DNA of 64,000 bases from a virus (Duplodnaviria; Caudoviricetes), in the IMG/VR virus record IMGVR_UViG_3300042465_005116, positions 64,001 to 128,000 of that record; one strand, given 5' to 3'. Made by a program: the position numbers and the translations under genes. The notes beneath the pieces were generated by a model. It made no database searches. It was not told the origin of the DNA and worked only from the letters and a program-made list of their open reading frames with translations. This document shows, in pieces, positions 30,353-40,142 of the stretch (positions are counted from its first letter, which is position 1; each line of letters opens with the position of its first letter).

Positions 30353-31366
30353 TTATGCTTTTTTATTTTTCTGAGATGCAACTGCAGCTTTACCATTTTC
30401 ATTTAATCTCCACATAGCAATGGTTGTATTATCAACATGGTTTGCTTGGATGACATTTTGAGAAAAATCACTAACCCATTTCCACCCCGTCCAAACTTGA
30501 ATATGACCATATAATTTACCACCTAAATACCCCATAACAACTATATCACCCACTTGCCATTGTGCAGGATTTTTAGTATAAACCGAATTTATTTTTACTT
30601 TTTCGTTGTAATAAACTTTACCACCTATGTTTCCTGCAAAAGATGCCCTACCACCACCGGTAGATGGGTCTTTGAATGAAAACCAATCTGCATTACCACT
30701 TATTCTACCTAATCCACTTACACCCGTTAATGCAACTACAACCGATTGTGTACCTTGTGGACATAATCCATGTACACCTTTGATATAACCACTTCTTAAA
30801 TTTCCATAATTAACTCTTGGATTTTTACCCAACTTAGGTGCCCATGCACCTGCAATTTTTAATAACTCATCTAAATTTTTATATCCACTCTTCAAATCCG
30901 TATCAGGTTCAAGTGGTTTAAGAATTCCCTGGTCATAAAGTGCTTGGTCTATTTTTTCTGCTTTAGAATTATCTAATTGAGATACCCTTGCACTACCACC
31001 TTCTAAATCATCTTCTACATATGGGTCTTCAAAAATCTTTTTACTAATTTTTTTAACATCTGGATTTATTATATCTTGCACTTCGGGGTCATCTTTATCC
31101 AATCCAACTTTAGACCAATCTAATTTATCATATAATGTTTTGTTATCAGCAATTTGTTCTTCTGCATTAATCGGTGGGTTTGGTGGACTTGGTGATGCCG
31201 GTGGAATAGTATATCCAACAAACGGAACTGCTCCTGGCCCTGGTGTTAATAAGGGTGGATATAGGGATGTAGTTAAAAACATTCCTTGAATCGTAGGTAA
31301 GTGAGTTTGAATCGATGCAATCAATTGGTCTAAAAATACTGCCGAATCATCTGTTGGTTTTGCCAT
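30353..31366 (-). CDS. Baseplate-associated protein with C-terminal NlpC/P60-like amidase domain
   Basis: Putative catalytic Cys (GLCPQG) and His (YGHIQVW); WVSDFSQ motif. Confidence 0.6.
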   Translation of the reverse strand: MAKPTDDSAVFLDQLIASIQTHLPTIQGMFLTTSLYPPLLTPGPGAVPFVGYTIPPASPSPPNPPINAEEQIADNKTLYDKLDWSKVGLDKDDPEVQDIINPDVKKISKKIFEDPYVEDDLEGGSARVSQLDNSKAEKIDQALYDQGILKPLEPDTDLKSGYKNLDELLKIAGAWAPKLGKNPRVNYGNLRSGYIKGVHGLCPQGTQSVVVALTGVSGLGRISGNADWFSFKDPSTGGGRASFAGNIGGKVYYNEKVKINSVYTKNPAQWQVGDIVVMGYLGGKLYGHIQVWTGWKWVSDFSQNVIQANHVDNTTIAMWRLNENGKAAVASQKNKKA

Positions 31367-31388
31367 TTTGTTTAACTATACTATAATT

Positions 31389-32636
31389 TTATTTTTTATC
31401 TACACAAGTTGGTGGAATTACAAACCCAGAAATAGTTGATACTCTTGGAGTTTTTACAAAACATCCACACCCATTTCTATTGAATCCACCACCACCGGTA
31501 TTCCCTTCTATTGTGGTTATCTTACCATCTTTTGATATTGCTGCTACAACTCCAATGTGATGTTCTTTACCTTCAGGTCCATACAACGCTGCAGCTCCTA
31601 TTTTTGGAGTTTTACTATATGTACCATTTTTTTTACCCCACGTAGCCCAATTCTTACACGACGCAGCACCAGGAGGAGTTTTTAACCCCGCAGATTTCCA
31701 CCAAGCAGTTACAGCAGATGCACACCAGTAATATCCCTCACCTGTTGCTCGGACCTGTCCTTGATTATCTAATCCCGTTAGTTGAACCATTATATCAATA
31801 CGGCCAGGTTTACCCGGCGGGGTCTCTCCTCCCGCTTGATTTCCTCCATAGTTCAATCCTGCACCTTTATTTGCCTTCGTGCCGGTTTCTAATATACCAA
31901 CATCTTTTTTGGCAAATTCAACTATCTTTAATCCAATAGGACATGACGTATCAACATTACCATCAATTTTAACCGGAGTTGAATTTATAGGTTCATTTGA
32001 TTCTATTGAACTTGCTTGTCTTGTATCAATTTCCTTTTGTGTTTTATCAATATATTCTCTAGCACCATCACGTTGTTCTTCCGTTGCACCGGAATTATTA
32101 ATTGTGTTAGAGGCCTTTTTAATTTCTTCTTTTTTCACCTCAATATCTTCATCTGATAATTCATATGGGTCTTCAAATACTTTGTTAGATGAAGTAGCAG
32201 TAACATCCTCTATTGGGGTTATTAATACCGGTTCTAAACTTTGTATATCAGTTGGTTGCCAAGTTCCTGGATTTGTAATCATACTACTAACTGTCGCAAT
32301 ATTCACAACCGCACCGGGAGATGGTATTATTGGAGGTGGGACTGCAGACATTGTAGCACCAGTCCAATATGATATAAACGCAGGGCCCATATTGGTAATG
32401 ATAGGATGTTCACCCGATGGTTGTTGAAATGCGGTTGCAAGAATTCCATTTAAGGTTGCTTCCATTAATTCAGTATTACCCTTTGCAACTGTAATACTAT
32501 TGACAGTATCAAATCCTCTTTTAACTGCCATATCATATTCTAATGTAAGTTTTTTTGCAAAATCACCATAGGAACTAATTCCTGCTTGGTTTTGCATATA
32601 ACTCAACATATTTTGTTTGAATATTTCTAATGACAT
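31389..32636 (-). CDS. Baseplate-associated protein with C-terminal CHAP domain
   Basis: YYWCASAVTAWW...HHIGVV...TTIEGNT. Confidence 0.82.
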   Translation of the reverse strand: MSLEIFKQNMLSYMQNQAGISSYGDFAKKLTLEYDMAVKRGFDTVNSITVAKGNTELMEATLNGILATAFQQPSGEHPIITNMGPAFISYWTGATMSAVPPPIIPSPGAVVNIATVSSMITNPGTWQPTDIQSLEPVLITPIEDVTATSSNKVFEDPYELSDEDIEVKKEEIKKASNTINNSGATEEQRDGAREYIDKTQKEIDTRQASSIESNEPINSTPVKIDGNVDTSCPIGLKIVEFAKKDVGILETGTKANKGAGLNYGGNQAGGETPPGKPGRIDIMVQLTGLDNQGQVRATGEGYYWCASAVTAWWKSAGLKTPPGAASCKNWATWGKKNGTYSKTPKIGAAALYGPEGKEHHIGVVAAISKDGKITTIEGNTGGGGFNRNGCGCFVKTPRVSTISGFVIPPTCVDKK

Positions 32637-32637
32637 C

Positions 32638-33906
32638 TTATTCAGTAAAATTTAAAGTTGATTTGAATTTTTCCAATCTACCTTTAATATCGTTAAATGT
32701 ACCTCTATTTTCAGGACCAGTTGCAGTTGGGCCAGATGGGGTTTTAAATATTTGTGCATTAATAGCATCAATAAGTTCCTCTAATAATCCTTGAAGAGTA
32801 TCACCTCTCACTAATGGTTCAGCATCACTTTCGGTATTAAGATATATTTGTCCTTTACCACCTAAGATGTAAGTGTTGTTATCATTTGTTGTAATTCTAA
32901 CATCACCATTAAAATCTAAATCTGCACCAGCCTTACCATTATCAATTGACATTTTACCATCTGATATAAATCCGTAATTTCCTTTTGAATAGAAAATCAT
33001 TTCTTTAGATTTAGCAGATAGTATAATTCTTTCAGAATTTACTAATAATTGGTCACTACCTTTTAATTCCGATGGATATGCTTCAAAATGAGTTGGTTTG
33101 GTTTCAAAATTTGAAGAACCACCATCATCTATAATACCTGGTTGAAAATTTAATTTGTAATCACCTGATGTAATTGCAATAATTGTACCGTCTTTATTTA
33201 CATCTTCTTCCGTTAAGGACCCTTTTTTTAGTTTATTAAGTGATTCACTATTTTGTCTATTTCTTAAAATAATAGTTGGTGCAAATTTTCTATCTTCACC
33301 ATCACCATTATTGTATCCACTAAAACGAATTGATTGACCAAATCGTGATTGTATCACTTTATCACCTTCATATAATTTTAAGGGATTAACTTGTTGTTCT
33401 TTAAAATATTTACCTATTTCAGTTTTTCTATCATCAGTACCACTCCCTCCACTTGGCGTACCGGTAGCACTTACAGTACTAAGTTCATTAGTACCGCTTC
33501 CAGCTGGTTGAGTATGTGGATATGTTTTAATATCTACATCTTTTCTAGCGTTACCTATATTAATATTTCCAGTGACCGTTCTTTTATAATGTAATTTACC
33601 TGCTACATCTATAAGTTGAACCGTCTCACCTACTAATGGAATACCTTCCTCTGGATTAAATGGTGGATATGCTTTGTTTTGTTTAGTAGCAGATGTAGCA
33701 TCTTTTACTGGTCTTATTGCGGCGTATCCAATAGTAGATGTATTTTTTTGTTCTACTTCACTAAAATCATATTTAAGTAATAACTCACTTGTATCATCTA
33801 ATATAATATCTACTACAATACCTACTGTGTTACTTGCACTTCCTGCTGTAGATGTTGAGTTGGGATTGAATCCACTATTTGATATACTTAATCTACTATT
33901 AGCCAT
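32638..33906 (-). CDS. Baseplate hub/spike protein (gp5-like)
   Basis: PLVGETV OB-like N-terminus; EGDKVIQSRFGQSIRF; beta-helix-like middle; C-terminal LVRGDTL...TPSGPT. Confidence 0.7.
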   Translation of the reverse strand: MANSRLSISNSGFNPNSTSTAGSASNTVGIVVDIILDDTSELLLKYDFSEVEQKNTSTIGYAAIRPVKDATSATKQNKAYPPFNPEEGIPLVGETVQLIDVAGKLHYKRTVTGNINIGNARKDVDIKTYPHTQPAGSGTNELSTVSATGTPSGGSGTDDRKTEIGKYFKEQQVNPLKLYEGDKVIQSRFGQSIRFSGYNNGDGEDRKFAPTIILRNRQNSESLNKLKKGSLTEEDVNKDGTIIAITSGDYKLNFQPGIIDDGGSSNFETKPTHFEAYPSELKGSDQLLVNSERIILSAKSKEMIFYSKGNYGFISDGKMSIDNGKAGADLDFNGDVRITTNDNNTYILGGKGQIYLNTESDAEPLVRGDTLQGLLEELIDAINAQIFKTPSGPTATGPENRGTFNDIKGRLEKFKSTLNFTE

Positions 33907-34316
33907 TACTTCTTAATTTTTTGTTTTATCTCTTCTACTTCATTTGTTAACTCATCAACCTTAGCATCTTGTTCATCTTTTACCTCTAAGACAGTTATTT
34001 CAATTTCTCTTAATAATTGCTCCTTCTCTGCATCAGATAAAAATCCAACATCTCCTTCAGATTTTGAATTCGCACTAATTATTCTTTGTGCAATTGCTGC
34101 TAATTTTATTAGAGAATCATCGTTCCTAACCGATACATCGACTAGGTCTTTTATGATTGGGCCGATAACTGCCATATCACCCGCGTGACGAATAATATTT
34201 TTCATTTCTGCTATTAACTCAGAAATTCTTTTTCTTTTGTTTTGTTGGTTATCGTAGATGTCTTTAAACAATCCACTTAAATCCTTACCAGGAAATAACT
34301 CAAAATTTATACTCAT
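33906..34316 (-). CDS. Hypothetical helical late protein (start reassigned to MSINF)
   Basis: The late motif at 34339-34346 lies inside the longer ORF-track version, so ATG at 34316 is preferred. Confidence 0.6.
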   Translation of the reverse strand: MSINFELFPGKDLSGLFKDIYDNQQNKRKRISELIAEMKNIIRHAGDMAVIGPIIKDLVDVSVRNDDSLIKLAAIAQRIISANSKSEGDVGFLSDAEKEQLLREIEITVLEVKDEQDAKVDELTNEVEEIKQKIKK

Positions 34317-34354
34317 ATTTTTATAATTAAGTTCACTATATAAATATAAGGAAT

Positions 34355-34382
34355 AAAAAAACCCCATTTTAGTGGGGTTTTT
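34355..34382. terminator. Intrinsic terminator, possibly bidirectional
   Basis: AAAAAACCCCA-TTTTAG-TGGGGTTTTT hairpin with an A-tract on one side and a T-tract on the other. Confidence 0.75.
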
Positions 34383-34387
34383 CTCAA

Positions 34388-34492
34388 TTATGATTTCTTT
34401 TTATAATTTCCTTTTTTCTGCTGTTCTGATACTGTCTTTTTAGCAATTTTCTTTCGGTTCTTTTCTTTTACTTCTTTTTTTGTGGTTGCCAT
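34388..34492 (-). CDS. 34-aa Lys-rich small protein (absent from ORF track)
   Basis: MATTKKEVKEKNRKKIAKKTVSEQQKKGNYKKKS fills the gap exactly before the terminator. Confidence 0.55.
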   Translation of the reverse strand: MATTKKEVKEKNRKKIAKKTVSEQQKKGNYKKKS

Positions 34493-34496
34493 TGCA

Positions 34497-35324
34497 TTAT
34501 TCCTTTTCTAGTTTGTTTATAATAATTTTTATTTTAGGGGTATATCCTTTAGGTAGTTTATTGATAATTCCTTTAAACGATTTGATTTTATGGTCATAAT
34601 AGTTTACCTCTAATATAGTTTCGGTTAAGTTCATTATAGTTTGAGATGATGTCCACATTTTAGGAGTATCCTTTCTCATATTCAATACACTATCTTTTTT
34701 AAAGAATTGTTTTCTTAATGCAATACCTACTTGTTTCCAATTTGTGATTTTATCAATTATCTTTTCAGCACTTAATTTTCTCATTTTAGAACTTAAATAC
34801 TTTTTACCATCAGAATAACCAGTACCAACATAAACATGTCCGTGATTTGTTCTAACAACTGGACTTTCAGTATTTCGTAATTCTAATTGTGGTTTAAGGT
34901 TTGGGATATTTTCAACACTTACCATTTGTTTAGGAGTAGAAATAAATGTATGACCAGTTAATCCCTTTTTCTTGTTTCCTTTCCAAACTATTGTTGCTTT
35001 GATTGCTTCTTTAAGAGTTTTCTTTGAGAATATACTTCTCATCTTAGCACCGTCTTCACCATACCCTTTCATATTTTGAACTAACTTTCCTTCCGCCTCA
35101 TCGTATCCAACTAAAAGTGCCGAATTAACTACCCCTAATCCGTATTCATTCATCCCCTCACTCCAATCAGTTACCTCATCGTGTAGATATGCAACTTCAA
35201 CTCCATCGATTAATTCGTGGATTACTTCTAATTTAGGATGATACCCTCTATCGCGATTCTTTGCTAAAATAAATTTATCATCTATTTCTTTAGAAACTAT
35301 AATACATTCTTGTATGATATTCAT
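34497..35324 (-). CDS. Ntn-hydrolase (C45/C59, choloylglycine-hydrolase-like)
   Basis: Cys7 followed by ILAKNRDR; SEGMNEYGLGVVNS; VRTNHG. Confidence 0.72.
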   Translation of the reverse strand: MNIIQECIIVSKEIDDKFILAKNRDRGYHPKLEVIHELIDGVEVAYLHDEVTDWSEGMNEYGLGVVNSALLVGYDEAEGKLVQNMKGYGEDGAKMRSIFSKKTLKEAIKATIVWKGNKKKGLTGHTFISTPKQMVSVENIPNLKPQLELRNTESPVVRTNHGHVYVGTGYSDGKKYLSSKMRKLSAEKIIDKITNWKQVGIALRKQFFKKDSVLNMRKDTPKMWTSSQTIMNLTETILEVNYYDHKIKSFKGIINKLPKGYTPKIKIIINKLEKE

Positions 35325-35379
35325 TTTAGGTGTTCGTATGAGTTGGTTACAAATCTCTATAATAAATATAGTTATAAAT

Positions 35380-35403
35380 AAAAAAAGGAGATAAACTCCT
35401 TTC
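35380..35403 (-). terminator. Rho-independent terminator after carbamoyltransferase
   Basis: Minus strand AAGGAG-TTTAT-CTCCTT followed by a T-run. Confidence 0.65.
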
Positions 35404-35417
35404 TTATTAATTGTATT

Positions 35418-37133
35418 CTATTTTATTTTTTTCTTAACGATGTAGTTGTTAAGAACTAACGTATCCATATCACAATCTAAAAACGTATCTATTGCATCTT
35501 TAGGGGTGTTTACAATGGTCTTATCTTTAACGTTAAATGATGTATTCAAAACAATTGGATACCCATTATCCTCTTCTAATTGTCTAAGCAAGGAATATAC
35601 TCTACGATGTTGTTTAAAATTTAAAGTTTGTATTCGTGCAGAACCATCTATATGTGTGATAGCAGGTAGATTTTTTATATGTTCTTCTTTTACCTGAACT
35701 ACCTGATTCATATAAGGAACTAATGGTTTGTAATCAAAGTATTTTAATCTGTCTTCCTCTTTTACAATTGGAGCAAATGGTCTAAATCCTTCTCTTTTCT
35801 TAATTACCTTGTTTACCCTTGCTTTCATTTGAGGGTCTCGCGGGTTAGCAAATATAGAACGATTACCGAGTGCTCTTGAACCAAATTCCATTCTACCCTC
35901 GTACCAACCGATAACGTTACCATTTGTAATTTCTCTAGAAATTGTTTTAACAATCTGCGAATGATTTTTAAATTCATACCATACTTCATTTTCATAGTTT
36001 TTTAATTCAGTTTCAATTTCATCATTAGTATTAAACGTACCTAAATACGGATTTGTATTTGGAACTCTAACGGCGGATTCGGTATGGGTATAATAGTAAT
36101 TCAGTGCACATCCAATAGCAGAACCTGCATCAGATGGAGCAGGTGGAATCCATAATTGTTTATAACCTGTATTTTTTAAAATCTTACCATTTGCAGTTCC
36201 GTTATATGCACATCCACCACTTAGACACAAATTGTTTGTGGCCCTAATAGCAAACATTTTATTTAATAATCTAAAAAATAGAAATTCGTATTGATGTTGA
36301 ATTGTTGCTGCTAAATCTTTATGTTCTTGTGTTAATTCATCCTCTGGTAATCTATTAGGAAGTTCAAACAACTCCGCTAATTTTTCATTAAACATTGAAT
36401 TATTCGAATAATCATATGTAAAATAATTCATATTGATTTCAAACCCACCATCTTCCGTTAATTTATATAATTGTTTAAATTTATTTAAATACGTTTCTGA
36501 ATTACCATATGGTGCTAAACCCATTACTTTATACTCACCTTCATTTGGTTTAAATCCTAAGAAAGCTGTCATTGTAGAATATAACATTCCTAATGAATGT
36601 GGGAATTTAATATTTTGTAATTTTGTAATATTCTTACCTTCTGCAAATGCTAAAACAGTAGTTTCCCATTCACCCACCCCATCTACTGATAATATGGTTG
36701 CTCTTTCAAACGGAGATGTGTAATAGGAATATGCTATATGTGATAGGTGATGGTCACCATATGCTAAGATTATATTTGGATTTGTAATCTCATATATTTT
36801 AGATTCAATTTCTTTAGCCTGTTCTTTATTTGAATCAATAATAGATTTTCGTTTAAAGAAATTAACTAATCCACCTCTTTTAGTAGATTCTTCAATTCGT
36901 TCTAATTTTAATTTAGGGTTTTCGTAAAAGGTAACAACTGATATATCATCACCTGTTATTTTATTATCCTTATACAACCAATTGATAGCATTAGTTGGAA
37001 ATGTGGAATCATGTTTTACTCCTGTAAAACGTTCTTCCTCCATTGCACCAATAACCAACCCATCTAATATTAATGCCGCTGAAGAATCATGATAACCACA
37101 TGCTATACCTAAAATATATTTTTTATTCATCAT
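35418..37133 (-). CDS. O-carbamoyltransferase (NodU/CmcH/TobZ family)
   Basis: YHDSSAAL, HHLSH, DGVGE, GEYKVMGLAPYG, GGCAYN, DAGSAIG, EFGSRALGNRS, FRPFAP, LNTSFN. Confidence 0.93.
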   Translation of the reverse strand: MMNKKYILGIACGYHDSSAALILDGLVIGAMEEERFTGVKHDSTFPTNAINWLYKDNKITGDDISVVTFYENPKLKLERIEESTKRGGLVNFFKRKSIIDSNKEQAKEIESKIYEITNPNIILAYGDHHLSHIAYSYYTSPFERATILSVDGVGEWETTVLAFAEGKNITKLQNIKFPHSLGMLYSTMTAFLGFKPNEGEYKVMGLAPYGNSETYLNKFKQLYKLTEDGGFEINMNYFTYDYSNNSMFNEKLAELFELPNRLPEDELTQEHKDLAATIQHQYEFLFFRLLNKMFAIRATNNLCLSGGCAYNGTANGKILKNTGYKQLWIPPAPSDAGSAIGCALNYYYTHTESAVRVPNTNPYLGTFNTNDEIETELKNYENEVWYEFKNHSQIVKTISREITNGNVIGWYEGRMEFGSRALGNRSIFANPRDPQMKARVNKVIKKREGFRPFAPIVKEEDRLKYFDYKPLVPYMNQVVQVKEEHIKNLPAITHIDGSARIQTLNFKQHRRVYSLLRQLEEDNGYPIVLNTSFNVKDKTIVNTPKDAIDTFLDCDMDTLVLNNYIVKKKIK

Positions 37134-37884
37134 CTATATCATCTTCGGTTAAATCAATTTTTGAAATATCAACCCAAAATGGTTCGCTTTTAACTGTAAA
37201 ATCTCCGGTTTCTAAATAATCATTTAACATTTTTTTCTGATGTTGTTTCATTATATTTACCACCTTTGTAATATAATGAGTTTTACAATCAGTCATTTCT
37301 CTTATAAGTAGATATAAATGTTTCTTATTAAAATTTTCTATAAACTCACTTCTACGGAATAATTCTAATACTGCATCTGCAATTTGTATATCTCTTTTTT
37401 TATTAAAAATAGTAGTAAGATGTTTATCCCAATACAATAACATTAGGTCTTTAAATTCTCTAAACTCACTACCTTCCTCTACTTCATAAAAATCATTCTC
37501 CGGATTCCAACTTTCTGGCATATCGGATATTAATGCATTTTGCTTCCAACGTTTGTAGTTACCATTATTTTTTAAAATCAAATGATTCTTTGCAATAATA
37601 GTAAAATATGAAAATGCTCTTCCTTTACCTTCTTGAAACATATGCATTTTCTCTACCAATGTAGATACAACTTCGGTTTGAATATCTTTTTTAGGAACAT
37701 CAAAATATGAAAATTTAAAAGTGTTAATTACATTTTCTGCTAATTTCTCAAAAGGTGCTTTAATTTTTTCTTCGTAAAGTTTACTACGTTTTACTGGGTC
37801 TTTTAATTTATTATACTCTACAATTGCATCTTGTGCAGGTGTACCGAAATATATTTTTGATTTTGGTTTTCTTTGTTTTGCCAT
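37123..37884 (-). CDS. Late-transcription sigma factor (T4 gp55-like)
   Basis: AIVEYN...KLAENVIN..FSY...EKMHMFQEGKGRAFSYFTIIAKN resembles gp55 region 2 (AFxYFT). Confidence 0.72.
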   Translation of the reverse strand: MAKQRKPKSKIYFGTPAQDAIVEYNKLKDPVKRSKLYEEKIKAPFEKLAENVINTFKFSYFDVPKKDIQTEVVSTLVEKMHMFQEGKGRAFSYFTIIAKNHLILKNNGNYKRWKQNALISDMPESWNPENDFYEVEEGSEFREFKDLMLLYWDKHLTTIFNKKRDIQIADAVLELFRRSEFIENFNKKHLYLLIREMTDCKTHYITKVVNIMKQHQKKMLNDYLETGDFTVKSEPFWVDISKIDLTEDDIDDE

Positions 37885-37892
37885 TTTGGTAA

Positions 37893-38156
37893 TTATAATA
37901 TTTCGTTTAGGTTTTCAACAATTGTTTTTAATTCGGTAAAAGTTGCACCTACTTCATCATCGGATTCAAATGAACCACGAGTATCGATGTTCCTTAAATT
38001 CTCTAATGCTTTAGATACTTTAAATTTAACTTCTAATGTAGTTTCTACAAGAGTGTCTTCCAATTCTTCATTTTGTCTCAGTAAATTGAATATACCGATA
38101 GTAAATGTTATATTTAACACTACTGAAATCAGTAAAATGATGTAAATGTATGTCAT
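37893..38156 (-). CDS. Small membrane-anchored coiled-coil protein
   Basis: N-terminal hydrophobic helix followed by a charged helix. Confidence 0.6.
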   Translation of the reverse strand: MTYIYIILLISVVLNITFTIGIFNLLRQNEELEDTLVETTLEVKFKVSKALENLRNIDTRGSFESDDEVGATFTELKTIVENLNEIL

Positions 38157-38165
38157 AGTTTGTTT

Positions 38166-38420
38166 TTATGCTTCACCCATCGGTCCATAATATATTCCTA
38201 ATTTAGAATCATCATCGGATGGTTGAGTATTTGTTTTTTTTATATTATCTTCTATTTGTTTTACTTTTGATTCAACTTTTTTATACCATTCTTTTTCTGA
38301 TATTATACCTTTATCTATTAAAAGATTTACGAGAGAATCTATTACAATACTATGATTTAAAGTATGTTGTTCTATCTGTTGAAGAATCAGTTTCTTCTGC
38401 TCCTTTTTTGTTAATTTCAT
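38166..38420 (-). CDS. Hypothetical protein
   Basis: 84-aa ORF in a contiguous minus-strand run; overlaps the next gene by 71 nt, so the start is uncertain. Confidence 0.55.
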   Translation of the reverse strand: MKLTKKEQKKLILQQIEQHTLNHSIVIDSLVNLLIDKGIISEKEWYKKVESKVKQIEDNIKKTNTQPSDDDSKLGIYYGPMGEA

Positions 38421-38640
38421 TTATTAAATCTTTTATAGTAAAATTATTAGTTTCATCTAAGTTACCAAATGCTTTTTTGATTGATTCTTCATGATAACCC
38501 AATGCAGCTGCTAATCTTGCACATATGGTTTTAAATTCAAAGATATTCAATTCATCTGGTATTACAAACTCTATTTCGGATGCTTCTCTTGCATGTTCAA
38601 TGTAATCATTATCGGTGTACTTAAATATTAATCTTGCCAT
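38350..38640 (-). CDS. Hypothetical protein
   Basis: 96-aa ORF directly after def. Confidence 0.55.
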   Translation of the reverse strand: MARLIFKYTDNDYIEHAREASEIEFVIPDELNIFEFKTICARLAAALGYHEESIKKAFGNLDETNNFTIKDLINEINKKGAEETDSSTDRTTYFKS

Positions 38641-38643
38641 AAT

Positions 38644-39261
38644 TTATAATATTTTTCCTCCTTGTTCAATTAAACTTTGTGCTTTTTTATACTTCACAAA
38701 TTCAGTAGTACCATCTTTTAATTGTACCATTACCATCTCATTTCTACCATAAGTTTTTGGTGCAATATAAGTTGTTGAATATCTACGATTTGGATTTGTA
38801 ATTAGAATTCCATTTAAGTGGTCTATTTCATGTTGTGCAACAACACATTCCATTAATCCTAAATCATTAAAAAATTCTTCGGAATCTTTCCAATCACCCA
38901 ATTCATTATCAGGTGAAAATACAACTGTCCCTAAGTTATCACATTCGACCGTAATCTTCTTTGCACGGATAGTTTTAACGGGACTCTTCATTGTTTTATC
39001 AATTGACAAACATTGTTCTACATACGCAACTGAATCCTGTGAGTATTCTACAATCTTTGGATTGATTAATACTAATGGGTCTTTTACATTAATTATACAT
39101 GCTCTAACATCTAATCCTAATTGATTAGCGGATAACCCAATACCACCGAACTTAACTAATCCACTTGCTAATATTGTAGAAATAGATTCTATATCAGCAG
39201 GTGTGAATTTAGTTTCACTAATTGATTTTGATAATTTTAATTTGTCTTTTACTATGTTCAT
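38644..39261 (-). CDS. def: Peptide deformylase
   Basis: GIGLSANQLG, EQCLS (variant of EGCLS), QHEIDHLNG. Confidence 0.92.
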   Translation of the reverse strand: MNIVKDKLKLSKSISETKFTPADIESISTILASGLVKFGGIGLSANQLGLDVRACIINVKDPLVLINPKIVEYSQDSVAYVEQCLSIDKTMKSPVKTIRAKKITVECDNLGTVVFSPDNELGDWKDSEEFFNDLGLMECVVAQHEIDHLNGILITNPNRRYSTTYIAPKTYGRNEMVMVQLKDGTTEFVKYKKAQSLIEQGGKIL

Positions 39262-39266
39262 TTTAA

Positions 39267-39482
39267 TTATTTTCTTAATGGATGATATGGATTTATATAA
39301 TTTGGTTTAAAATATTCATCAGTATATTCTAACTCCTCTGGAAATATGGATAATTGTTTACCATATTCATTTTTAGGTTCTACTAATTTGTTTGCTAACT
39401 TTCTAACTTGCTCACCCAATTCATAATTGTTTGGTGTTTCGTTTATTAAAGAAAGTGGAATTTCAATTGTTAATTTATTCAT
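39267..39482 (-). CDS. Hypothetical protein
   Basis: 71-aa ORF after the promoter at 39509-39540. Confidence 0.55.
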   Translation of the reverse strand: MNKLTIEIPLSLINETPNNYELGEQVRKLANKLVEPKNEYGKQLSIFPEELEYTDEYFKPNYINPYHPLRK

Positions 39483-39508
39483 ACTATTTAATTTAAAATA
39501 TTATCTTA

Positions 39509-39540
39509 CAAAGATACAACATTTTTTTGATAAAACCAAA
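39509..39540 (-). promoter_or_regulatory. Bacteroidota-type promoter
   Basis: TTTG-N20-TATCTTTG, perfect consensus. Confidence 0.85.
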
Positions 39541-39549
39541 TGTTTTTTA

Positions 39550-39795
39550 TTATTTGAATTTAGATAATGTTTTTTCATTACTTTTTGTTTTTGCTTTCTT
39601 TGCCTCTTTGGTTTGAGTTTCTATTAATTTCATTCGTTGTGTCCAAGCAGGTTTGTATTTAAATTCAACTGATATTGGGCCGTTGGCAAATTTAGTTTTA
39701 TCATATTTCCAAATAGAAATACAATCATCATCTTCATAGATGTGTTCAAATTTTAATGGTTTATCTTTTACGGATGGTTCTGGTTTCTTTGCCAT
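39550..39795 (-). CDS. Hypothetical protein
   Basis: 81-aa ORF in a contiguous run. Confidence 0.55.
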   Translation of the reverse strand: MAKKPEPSVKDKPLKFEHIYEDDDCISIWKYDKTKFANGPISVEFKYKPAWTQRMKLIETQTKEAKKAKTKSNEKTLSKFK

Positions 39796-39804
39796 ATAGT
39801 AAAT

Positions 39805-40137
39805 TTAAAATATAAAAAATTTATTTATCAATCCCAATAGTATATACGATAGTTTATAACCAACAAACGCACCTATTGCTGATGGGAATGGGAATATTAT
39901 TAATTTTCCAAAATCAGTTACATATTTAGGTCTATTTACAATTCTACCCATAAAGGTATAATACGTTATGTATCCTATTAGTACTGCAATATCTGCTCGA
40001 GTTGCAATGAATACAACTAACATTGCACCTAAAAATCCAAAAATGAAATTATCTCTTACACCTTCCCATATTTCTTGCGTGGTGCAATCTTTCCATTCTT
40101 TAATTATCTTATCTATTTTAGCCCTTTGCTTTCCCAT
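39805..40137 (-). CDS. Small membrane protein
   Basis: Two to three hydrophobic segments. Confidence 0.6.
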   Translation of the reverse strand: MGKQRAKIDKIIKEWKDCTTQEIWEGVRDNFIFGFLGAMLVVFIATRADIAVLIGYITYYTFMGRIVNRPKYVTDFGKLIIFPFPSAIGAFVGYKLSYILLGLINKFFIF

Positions 40138-40142
40138 TCTAT

